Assembly (NCBI GenBank): GCA_036172245.1
Contig: JAYWIR010000034.1
Span: 1,612,001-1,676,000, forward strand
DNA length: 64,000 nt
Direction: 5' to 3'
Source of the DNA: Raillietiella orientalis
Lineage: Eukaryota
Shown: piece after piece, positions 14,144-25,316 of the stretch
How positions within the stretch are numbered: position 1 is the stretch's first letter
Layout: each line of letters starts with the position of its first letter
The notes under the pieces: generated by a model
Told to the model about the DNA's origin: nothing
Database searches by the model: none
What the model saw: only the letters and a program-made list of their open reading frames with translations
Program-made: the position numbers and the translations under genes

Positions 14144-15758
14144 AACCCGCATGAACCATCCGACTAATAGAAAAAGAATCTATTTTGCATTTTCTCTAAA
14201 TTAAAAATACACACCATTCGGAGATCCAGCAAACAAAGAGGAAACCTTACTCCAGAAGAATGCAATAAGCAATGCGAAAACGTTACTCTTCGATAAGAGA
14301 CAAATCTTTATTCAGATGTGTAAAACCGAAAAAAATAAAGGCAATGTGGGCTATTACCAATAATGGCGAAAGTATCCTCGGCGATAATCTTAGCACTCCA
14401 AGATGCACACCTCTCCTATCTTTCATCATGCTGCCCAGGATGGATGGAACGCTACCGCAAAATAAGGTTTCACATTTTAGCTGAGTGAAGCAGCAGAGTA
14501 TTTCACGATAAACTTTAAGAATGAACTGACCACGAAAAAAGAGAACCGGGAAAAGTATCATCACCTCCCGAAATAGTTCTATGTGCAAAACAGTTTTATT
14601 AACGAGCACATCTTTTTGCTATTTAGGGGGAAAAGGATAGAAGAATATATTTAAAATAGAATATTTATCACAAGGTATTTCATATAGAAAGAATAGGGTG
14701 TAGACTTGGAATAAAAAACTAATGATTTGTTTTTCGTAGGAATGCTGTCTTCAGTCAGTTTTCTGAACCTTCCAGAAGTACCGACAGGAACATGGTAATA
14801 CTGGAATTTTTTTTTTTTCTCTAGCAAAGCTTGTTACTGTATGCATACGCGTAATCTTGGGAACTAACCTTTGAAATGAGTTTATCCACCAAAGATAAAA
14901 CCGAATCTGATGACTGTATCTATGATTTGTTGTTTGTCATACCAATCTTGGCACGATACGATGTTCAGGTTATTGGGTTCAGTAAACTGACAAAGGTAAA
15001 ATAAAAACATGATGATCACATAAAGCACGTAAAACTAAGGTATCTTGGGTACTTATGAAGGATTTGCTGGTGCTATCCGTTTTTATGAGAGCAAAAATTA
15101 ATTGGAAAATAATTCATAGCGTATTTAATCAGTTTTTATGAGTTGTTTAGGTGACGCGTCAAGCAGAATACGCTAACTGAAAAGCCGTGATCACTTTAAA
15201 CGTAATTTAATTTTAAAGACTGAATCATTGCTAGCTTTATTCCCTACAAAGCTCGAAAAACGCGCACCAAAAGTTAAACAGATTAAAGAAAAGTAACCCT
15301 CTATATCCTCAACTTCAAATACAGGCACATACTTCGCAGCAAGGAGCCAAACTGAAAAATTCTCCACCTAAGACATTCAAACCATTATACAGTGAAGCAA
15401 AAGGATCCTGCCTGGGACAAGGTGATTTGTGTTTGACACAAATAAAAAAAAGAGTTTCAAAAATAGGAAGATCCAAACAGTTACCGAAGCCTTTAGCACC
15501 TAATGTACAAAAATTTATTTATATCACTGCACAACCTATTTGCAGGGCAATAATAAGGCAAAAACGACTGCTCGGAATTTTTGGTTTGGCACAAAAGGCA
15601 AGCCATCGGAAACGTCAGGAGAAGGAAGAATTTGATCGAAAAACTCGAAAAAGAGAAACGCTGACAATTTCTGTCTGTACCATCCACCAAAGTCCTTCCT
15701 GAAACAAGCTCAGTAGACCATGAATGATTTCGGCCCGTTGGAACGAGAGCATTGCAAA

Positions 15759-17088
15759 ATCAAGGCGGAGAAGGGAAAAGGACCGCGCAGGTGAAACATA
15801 GGCTGTGGGTGCTGAGGTTCGGATGCATGAGGCAAACGAATGGACTCGGGTACGTACGGTGGGACATCATGCCGGGCCGGAGCACCAGCATTCCAACGAA
15901 AGAGTGTTTGTGAGGTCGGACACGTGCGCTGTTGCGACCCCCTCGCAGCCCGGACAGCAGCGGCTGGCCAGTTGCTTTCGCTTAGAGCGTCCTCCGCCTC
16001 TCGTCATGCGTGTCCCCACACCAATCCTCTTTCTTTTCCAGCCTCTCTTCAGCACACTTTCTTTCGCGGGCTAACGGACCGTGCTTCTTCCGCAGGCCTT
16101 TTAGCGCCAGTGCCACCATCTGCATGAAGAGTTGACACCGGTTGCCGAGCAAGAAATGCCCTCATCGTCTCGACCGTGCAGCAGCTGCGCTGCAGGCACC
16201 TCAGCGCTTCGAACGTTCTGGACGATGCGCAGACGTCTTTTCTCGATGGCTCCCCGCACGCAGCCTGCCAGGTCGACAAATCAATCGGACGTAGCTTGAC
16301 GGGTCGGGTGGGAAGATGGGGCAACTGCTCTGCTTGGACTGCCACAGGCAAAGGACGCGCCGCCTCGAGCGAACGCGCCGGGCGGTTGGCGTCGGCGTTC
16401 GGCGCGCTGCTGGCTGCTCCCGTGCCCGTGGAGCGGGGGCCAAGACGCAACGCCCGGAACGACAGCATCCTTCCGCTCGCGTCGTCGTCCTCGTCGTCGG
16501 ATGGCAACGCGTACCCTCCCCCCTCTCCTCCTCTCCGCCCGTCCAGTACGATCACACGTGCGCAACGGGAAGAAAAAAGAAGTGCCGACACCGGTGGCGT
16601 TGCTACGGGGTCGGATGCGCAGAGTGCGATCCTGTGCGAAGATATCAGTCCATCTCGTGTGTGTGTGTGTGTGTGCGTGCGTGCGCGCACGTGCGTCTCG
16701 TCGTCCAGGGAGTTGGGCCCGCAGCAAACGTGCGTGCACTCGTTGCCACCTGGTCTCGTGCCTGACAGAAGAATTTGCGTGTGCCTCAACGAGACCTCCG
16801 TTATTTGGGTTCAATCGCTCGGGTTCCGAAGAAAGGCGGCGACCGGAGCAAGTAAAATGGAGAAAGTACTGCAATTCAGGCGTGTGCCATGCATCGACGG
16901 AAGGGTGTCTGTGTCGGTGGAGGCGCACCTCGGCAGGCGTCCATGCCGAGTTCTCCCTGCAGCCGTAGCCCAGTCGGGACGCCGCCGTGAACACCGGGTG
17001 CAGGGAGAGCCGAGCATCGCCCGTTAGGAAGGAAGACGAGACGGGCGTTCACAACAACTCAGGACTCCTCGGTCGATCTCAGATTGAT
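15759..17088. mobile_element. GC-rich 1330-bp dispersed repeat, copy 1 (unclassified, probably a non-autonomous mobile element)
   Basis: Matches 55352-56689 base for base by eye except the (GT)n length (offset 39593 before the tract, 39601 after). Sharp GC/AT boundaries, ATCAA...TTGAT ends, different flanks, no TSD or poly(A), and no transposase or RT recognised. Confidence 0.8.
16049..16468 (-). CDS. Putative 139-aa ORF carried by repeat copy 1 (PIDLS motif, C-terminal KR-x10-KK NLS-like tail)
   Basis: ATG in the context ggAagATG-like (A at -3); MLSFRALRLG...RPIDLSTWQ...GAKRPAEEARSVSPRKKVC*. No known family recognised, and GC-rich DNA produces long ORFs by chance. Confidence 0.3.
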   Translation of the reverse strand: MLSFRALRLGPRSTGTGAASSAPNADANRPARSLEAARPLPVAVQAEQLPHLPTRPVKLRPIDLSTWQAACGEPSRKDVCASSRTFEALRCLQRSCCTVETMRAFLARQPVSTLHADGGTGAKRPAEEARSVSPRKKVC

Positions 17089-18567
17089 GTTGGCATCTGT
17101 CAGAAGGCTGTTTACTTTACTGATATAAGAACTATTCCGGGACAAATTTCAAGTTTGATTTGCAAAGTTGAATGTATACAACTATATTATTAATGTGTTT
17201 TTTTCTATTTGTCATTCATCACAGATTGTTTTTTCTTACTTGGAACCGTAGCATTTTCTTTGCTTAATATATGATAGTCTAAGTGAGAGGTAAAGTATGT
17301 GAGATATAACTGGCATTTTAGTTGATATAAAGGACATATGCCCATGTTAACAGGAGAGAAAACGTAAACCGCCTTATGTGTAATAGCACAATACGTGAAG
17401 AACTTCATTCGCATTAATGAATTGAAGCTAACCGTTTTCAGTTGCTAATTAAATAATTTAGGATTTTTTTTCTTTGAAGAATGACTGTATTGTTGTGATT
17501 TGCTGAAGTGGAAATCACCCAAAGTGGATTTCTAATATTTTCGAGCTTCTCAGTTATTAAGAAAGTTCCTTGCATTTGATAACTACTTAACTGCCATCAC
17601 AATGTTCAATGTGGTTTTGGGTGGATATCGCGTAGTAACATCAGGATACAAATGTACTCACTCACTGTAAACTTGATAACTTGGTATAGATCCATAGATA
17701 GAATTGTATGCCTTCTTGATGTATACATATTGTTGAGGTTCTTATGTTATTCTTATGTTGTCCCTTTATTACCCAGCCCATTTGGGTAATAAAGCAATTG
17801 TCTAAACTTAATTCGAATTCAGAAAACTAAACCAGTTTTCATCGTGGATGCACTTTTGCACTTAGCATTTGTTTGAGAATTTATATATTTTTCATATTTA
17901 CTGACTTTTAATATTGGTTTCATATAAAAAAAGGAGATAATGTTTTGGAATCTTTGTTTTATTCTCCTTTCTCATCTCGGAGCTTTGCATTCCTGATCGT
18001 ATAGAAACGTCATTTTGTATACGTAAATATTAAGTGCTATGCATATAGACGGGCGTAAGCAATTACACTGATATAATTAAAGTATCTGGCATTTCATTAT
18101 TCCCTTGAAAATTATAAGATTCCAACTAATCTGGTTTCAGCAGCCTATTAACAAATTCAGCAATTGTATTCTGAAGTGCTTCACGGCCTGTTTTAAAATA
18201 AATGTTTCCATGTTTTTATAAGTAGGTGAAAGCCAATGTTTGTTTCTAAACTTATGAAAATCATAATGTGAAGTGTCTTCGCAAGTGTTCATTCTGTAAG
18301 CAAAATGTTTAAACGTTATGGTATGGGAATATCAATTGCAAAAAAGATAAGACCTTGTTCGCTAAACAAGGTACGATTAGTCATTTAACGTGCGAACGGG
18401 AATGTTCAACTAGTTCGAATTACCTTGGAAATGTTGCACGTAATTTAGAATTTCTGTGCAGTACCAATACAGAATTTGGTGTGAGGCACACAAGAAAGCG
18501 TCATCAATGCTTTTAAGTGATAATAAGTTATTTGCTTATGTTTTGCAGATATAATTAGTAAGTAAAT

Positions 18568-19424
18568 ATGTCAGCTGCATCACTAGGGAAACCCTCGGGA
18601 TATTTATCTGATGAAAGTCTGGGAGGTGAGTGAAGTTTCTTTGTGCTTAATAAAGATACGAAAAACTGGTAACCAGCATGCTGTTAAACCGAAATACAAA
18701 AATATTTGCATTGTATAAACCTATAATACTTTCAAAATAAAATTCACTCATCACTGAGAAGTGTGTTTACACTCTTGTTTTAAGAATCATGGGTGGATTT
18801 GAGTTCTCAAGCTTCTGCTTCACATGCACCTGAAAGAATAACCCCAATTAATTTTACAAATGGAGAGTACATCAGATTGCTTAAGGAGGCCCAGACAGAC
18901 AGTAACCAATCTTCCTGTTTAGTTTCATCAGCTTCTTCTTTGCGTAATTCGTGAGTGATTAAATTTGAAAGCATAGTGAATGAAAAATACCTCAGACCTA
19001 AATCACCCCCCAACAGTCCTAACAATGAACTTTGTTGTGAAAATGAAGAAATGAGAGGTATTTACATAAACCGGAGTCAAGGATTTGCTGTCACTGTTGC
19101 TGACTGGAGCAGTCGACCCGATATTTATCCTCCGAAGTAGGTATAAAAGTTATTAGTTAAATTACAGGGCATTCCCTGTATTCTCAGGGAATGGAAATTT
19201 CAGCATCCTCCTCCCTTGACCTATGGCATGCAGAAAGATAAAATAGGCAGTGCAAAGTTTTTTTCGAAGCACGTTTTGTATACAGTTATGCTAACTAATC
19301 TTATATCCTTTCTTGTGGGAACAGGGATTGGGTAAGTGCTACTTTAATAACATTAATGGTACAGGTCTTCTCAAGGATTCTCATAAGTCGCCGTGGATCA
19401 ACCATACACTCCAAAATTATATAA
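18568..19424 (+). CDS. BNIP3: BNIP3/NIX-like mitophagy receptor, 5 exons, about 185 aa
   Basis: Exons 18568-18625, 18785-18950, 18996-19136, 19188-19331, 19376-19424 (558 nt). Spliced protein has the LIR ESWVDL, RITP..F.NGEYIRLLKEAQ..SNQSS, SPKSPPNSPN, DWSSRP..PPKEWKFQHP, and a C-terminal TM segment (VLYTVMLTNLISFLVGTGIGILISRRG), closely resembling insect BNIP3. Confidence 0.92.
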
Positions 19425-19477
19425 GGAAAACCATGCATTAAATTTTATATAATTGCATATTAATAAATTGCTCTGCT

Positions 19478-22400
19478 TCACAGAACAGGTTCAGTCTGTT
19501 GCAAGAGCCATTTGTAAGCCTCTTCATCTTGTTCCAGGAGTAATGGAGCTAATGTTTCTCTTATTTCCTTGTGATATGCTACAAGCCATTGGATCTGCAA
19601 AATAATATATAAAACTAGTTTATAGTTTATAGCACAAGCTTACTTCTTGAGGTGTCATCAACTCTGTAGCAATCATTTTTTTCTGAATAGGCACCAATGT
19701 AATAGTTTTAAATGTAAGGAATTGTGTATTATGATGTTGATAGGCTGTGTTAGCAGGAACTGCCACCATCACATTTTCAATACGGATCCCAAATTTCCCA
19801 TCCTCATAATAACCAGGTTCTAAAATTAATTTTTTTCTATACCCAAGCATTCAAAAATATCACTGCTAGCACGTGACAAAATGAAACTGCAATGAGTCTA
19901 CTTCTTTGTATTTTAAATAACAGTTGTGTTACGATGTTTTTGTGTTAACTTCAGACTTACCTCAAATATTTCTCACACTTCTGCCAAACTGAAACACTTT
20001 TGGTTTTACAGTATACTAAATTAGATTTGTTAATCTAAACTTTCATTTGGAAACTAGATGCTAAAGGTTTACATATATTAACTCACCATCCGAGAAAACC
20101 ATATTAGCTTCAATTCCTGGATCAGTAAGGCATAGTCTCCAGCTAATGCGTACAGGTTCTTCATGAACATTAAGATAATGCCCTACACCATGGCTTGTGC
20201 CATGCATGTAATCCAGACCTAAATGCCAAAGGGATCTACGAGCAAAAGCATCCAGTCGATGTCCCTGAACTTTGGCAGGAAATGTTGTTGTTGCAAGAGC
20301 AATAACTCCCTGCAACACAGATGTGAAACATTGGCGCTCAAAAGCAGTAGGCTCCCCTAAGTGAATGGTTCTTGTGATGTCAGTGGTTCCATTACTGTGA
20401 TTCTTCTGTAATACTAGTGATAAAGACTCCACTTGTTTTACCGGTATTGTCCTCCTGAATCAACTAGGTATAATTCCTGGAGTGTGATCTGACGATCTGT
20501 GGAAAAGGTGGGCTTGTAATGAATGATGGATGCATTACCACCAACTGCAGATATTGTTTCAAAGCTTGGCCCCACATACCCAGGTTGCAATCTGCAAGGA
20601 ACCTACAGCAGTCAAAAAAAAGATCACTCACCTACGATATTCTTCTAATTTTTTAGCTCCTGATACTTCTGTAACACATTCATTGGGAACAGTCCGTTCT
20701 AACCAAGCCAGGTAACGTACTACTGCCACTGCATCATGGATGTGACACAACTGCATCCCTAAATCCTCATAAGAATAAATATTTTTGGTTTAAAGACTTC
20801 TACCTTGGATTTCAACAGGATTTTTAATAGCTTTCATTAACTGAACAGGGCTTTCAGAAGTAAAGATGCTTCCTGGTGGAACCAAACTATGCAACCACTG
20901 ACTACTGTTCTCACTAATCCAGAAACGATCATCACTATTCTTTGCCTACAAGAAAATAAAGGGCTTTTGCTTAGAATCTGAATAAATAACTGTTTGCTGA
21001 AGATAATTTGCAATGTCATCATATGGTTTCACAGTCACAACAGGGCATTCTGGATCAGCAGGACATTGCAAATGTTGACATGCAGCTGGAGTTAATTTCT
21101 TTTCATTTACAAATAAGAAAACAGCTGATGAGGTTATAGTCACATAAGCAAAGAACACTGGATTATACAAAACGTCGGCTCCTCGTAAATTGAGCAACCC
21201 TACACACATTCAGATGCAATACTATTAAAACACACACGCACAAAAAAACTCACAGGCAATTTCATCTAAGGCAGATAGCAATAACACAGTTACATTATTC
21301 TGTTTCATAACTGCATGAACTGCTGCTACTTTGCTACTCCAGGTTCGACCTATTTCCCAAAATTACTTGCTGGTTTGAAGTCTTGTTCTTACCTGTTAGT
21401 TCTGTGCCCAAAGGAAAAATAGTTGCAAATGGTGCACCAGGTCTATCAGACCATATAAGATCAATAAGATTCTGAGGTATAGCTACAAGTCTTTTCCCAT
21501 TACATGCCAGATGTGTGCTAACTGTTTTCCACCAACTAGCTTTGACTAACATAGGGTCTACGCCCACACAGGAACCAGCAGGGAGGTTCTTGCCAAGCCA
21601 GGACTCTATGGTGGGGGTCTCTGGTTTACCTATGTGTATGATAATAAATGACAATTTAAGACATAAAAGCAAAAAGTTTCTTTTCATTCAAAAGGCTAAC
21701 AAATGCCAAAATCCAAAATTTAAAACAAATACTTGACCATCAGAAGTTATTGCTTCCCCTAATTCCTGCCCATTCAATTAGCCCTTCGATTTTCGGATTT
21801 CAAATGAATATATGCCAGTAACTAGTAATTTCATCAAAATTTCATCAATGTTATTGACAAAGGTAAGTGACTGAGCACAAACAAGCTCTTACAGGGTAAA
21901 GTCTGCTTTAACCAACATTGGGATTAAATGTGCAGAAACAGATGAAAACTCCTTTGTGGAAGCTCTTATGAACAAGAGTTTCCACATACGTATTTGTTGT
22001 TCATATAAAACATAAGTAGAAACCAAAGTGAACTTTTAGGAGGATTGAAACTCCATTACTACATGGCAAAATTTTTCTAAACTTTGTACTTCTTCAAAAA
22101 ATGCTTCTGTGCTTTATACCTACTGCAAACCTTGACATTTAAAATAACCATTACCATGTGAAAGGCTTCAGTTTACATTTTCAACATGGACATTCAACAA
22201 AATGAAATTTATTTTTCAATGAACTTTTTTTGATGCAAGGACTTTTAACTGAATTGTGCTGCACCAGTGTCTAAGTACTCTCTAATCTTCATGGATGATG
22301 CAAATGCAAGAACAAACACTGTGTTGGTTTTCAAAATTTCAGGTTAAGTTTTCCCTTTAGAATGCTAAAAATTTTCAAGAACTTTCAATTTGAAAGAATA

Positions 22401-23408
22401 TATTTTGGAGCTTTGCAATTAGCATTCTATTAAATCTTCTGACCTTGTTTGATGCATACACACCCATGTATCCACAAACTCCTGCCCCTTTACGTGGTGA
22501 CTTAATGAATATTTGTTATTATTAATTTTTTAAATGACTAAACTTTTATTTAACAAAACTGTTCATTCAATCATGCATTCTGTGATTATCTTTTAGGTAC
22601 CTATGAACTTCTATTATTTCAGAACAGATGCATTTTTTAAAAATGGTCACTTTATACAAATCAAGACCACAAATTCCAATTAATTCTTTCAGTTGTTGAA
22701 TTTCAGGAGTTTTGAAAGGAATCTCTTAATATGAGCTGCTGCTTGTAATGATCATATGTGTGCATAAAATGAAAATCCTTTTTAAGAAGTATTATGAACA
22801 CTGACATTTTATCTCCCTGTCCTTGCTATGCTTAGAAAACTTTTTTCCATTGAGGCTCCAAATTTATAACTTGAAATTTTCTTCGAGTTTTCAATAAAGA
22901 TTTCAATCAATCATGGAACAAGAAAAATACTTACCGGAATTTTTGACATCGTATTTCCAAAAAACATGACTGTACAAAAAGAGAATTGGAGTTGCAAATT
23001 TAAAACAAAAACAAAAAACACTAAACTATCTACAAAAGCTGGATGGAATGAGAAACAGAATTTACCTTCTTTCATCAGAGTCCAGTTTTCATCCATTTCC
23101 TGTTCCGCTTGGAGAAAGTATCTTCCATCAGTCCATAAGAATGCATTATCTTTTGTCACTAAAGCAGTTCCTTCTGATCCCGTGAACCCAGTAATAAATG
23201 CCCTTCGGTTATCACATGGTGCCACATATTCACTCTTGATGTCAATGTAAACTCATTAATAGAGAACTTTTTTCATTTGAAGTTCACTTACTTGATGTGC
23301 ATCACATGATGGTATTACATAAGCATCAATAGCTTCACTTAGGATCTTTGTATTCCGCATCAACTTTCTTAACTGATTCAACAACTCAGTTGTGTTTTTT
23401 TTGATCAT
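19478..23408 (-). CDS. XPNPEP1: Xaa-Pro aminopeptidase 1 (cytosolic aminopeptidase P), 11 coding exons, about 615 aa
   Basis: Exons 23408-23292, 23234-23066, 21629-21393, 21349-21254, 21199-20991, 20945-20804, 20758-20632, 20591-20442, 20394-20087, 19819-19644, 19594-19478 (1848 nt). Motifs [88 protein letters not shown] probable 5' UTR exon donor (GTAAGT) lies at about 24187. Confidence 0.96.
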
Positions 23409-25290
23409 TTTATAATGCAGAAAGTAACACAAAAGGAATATAGATTGATGCAAATTAATATGCAGCACAAACAATCCCCTTAAAATACAGAACTATGGAT
23501 ACTGAAAGTCTCAATTAGAATGCACAAACTCAGAATGACGGAAAAAACAATTATTCATAAAAACACTATGAATATGTCAATTTGTGCCACGCGCCTAATG
23601 TAAACCAGTCTTAACATCATCCTACTATTTGATATAATAAGTCTAGTGAAGAATTATACAGATATTTTTTCCTTTTTGTCCTTCATAGCATAACTGAATG
23701 CAGTGAAGTCAGTGAATGCAGTCACAAATTGCATGAATTCCCCTCATACAGTATAACATGAAAATCCTAAGGCTGTGAACAAACCTGTTTTCAAACTATC
23801 CTGTGATTTACAATTTTCTGATATTCATTGTGGGGGATAACAATGAATTTTTTTTTTGTACCTTCAACACAGAAACTTAAAATCCACACGGGGCGTCAAC
23901 CCATGTGCTCCCTTTCAAAAGAACTGTATTTACAAAAAAAAATCGTTAAATCTCTTGTTGCTATTACATTTAAATGAATACTATTCTCCTCCTCTTAACC
24001 GTGCTCAAAACTGAAATGAAACTTGTGAAACACATGCATAGGTTTCAGACGGTGATTGCTTTCATTACGGAAAACGTGGCAAACGCTGTATACGTTCAAA
24101 GACTTCCCTATGCAGGTTTGCTGTAATAAACAGGCTGTTTGCAACGGGAGACTCGCACGCATTCCCGCCAATCCTCCCAGCACTTACGTGTATACTCAAG
24201 CACGGCGGCAATTTCACGAGCCGACCTTCCATTTGTAAGCCCCAACCTTACGTCACGCTAGCCTCCTTCACGTGTGACGATCATCTCGTTTTCAGCCAGG
24301 AAGATAGCCTTATGCTCCTGTAAAATTATATCGCAAAGTCATTTAGTTCCTTGTTCATATATGTCTACTTGGATAACGACGCACTCTGTATGTATGATTC
24401 CTTCGGAATTATACTTCCTTCAAATGAAGTTAGAGTTATACAAAAAATACATGGTTAGATGGTAATGAATGCAAAAAAAAACAAAAGATGTAAACATTAA
24501 CACTACTGTAAACATTAAAAATAAAAAAATGTTTTATGAAGCCCCGTCTTGGAAATTGCATTTTTCCTCTCTAAGAATTTTTCGAATGCAAAATACTCAG
24601 AATAAGACTCACTTTATATTGTCTGTGAGAAAGACGAATTTTTCATACAGCTGTACCATCCCCATTTAATGTATTCTTGTCCATATGACTATAACACTTC
24701 ATGAGGATTTTTCACACAACTATGTAATATTTGTAGTAGAAGGAAATATCAAACATTGTTTCTCGGTTTCAGATTCTACCTGGATACTTAAAAATATCTG
24801 ATTGCTGGATAATATGAGTTATTTTATTCTGATATCATTCTATGTAGTTTGCATCATCACGAATACTATTACAGAAATTTCTCGTTGACGGTGTTCATAA
24901 TGACTGCCATAACCTTAATTCGAAAACTTTAATATAGAAGGAAGTGGTAAGACACTGCACAAATAACTTAATTGATTTCAGCTTTGAAGTTTTCACTCTC
25001 TGATGACTGCGTGCACAAGTTTCAGATTCATGTAATTTATTCTAAACTAAAAAATATCCAAGTAAATGAAATAAGAAAAGGCTATTTTTCGTGACTTTTT
25101 ATCAAAAACAGTCATGCAGAGCTAATGTTCATTCGTTTGCTAATTATCAGGTTGATCACTGATCCCTATTGAAATGCATTAAATGTAATAGAAAAGAAAA
25201 TAACTGAATGTTCTGATTCTTATTCCAACTTAATTTATTCATTGTACTGATTTGCAATTAAGATAAGATAAGTCTGCTTTATCTTAGATT

Positions 25291-25316
25291 ATCACTTTGG
25301 CTAAGATCAAAGTGTA
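25291..25316 (+). pseudogene. U2 snRNA 5' fragment (3'-truncated pseudogene-like remnant)
   Basis: TTTGGCTAAGATCAAAGTGTA (25296-25316) matches the conserved U2 5' region from memory, with the AAA form I recall for invertebrates. The preceding ATCACTT resembles the U2 start ATCGCTT followed by a roughly 10-nt deletion. No Sm site or 3' half follows. Confidence 0.6.

Noticed and set aside
15840..15880. Minus-strand GGCCCGGCATGATGTCCCA resembling the start of the HDV ribozyme
   Set aside because: No P3/L3 motif, no P1 partner and no downstream TGGGAC to close P2, so the pseudoknot cannot form.
16176..17027. Long overlapping ORFs on both strands of the element (283, 237, 155 and 149 aa) and their copy 2 counterparts
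   Set aside because: Expected in stop-poor GC-rich DNA. They read through a (GT)n tract, often use non-ATG starts and show no recognisable domain.
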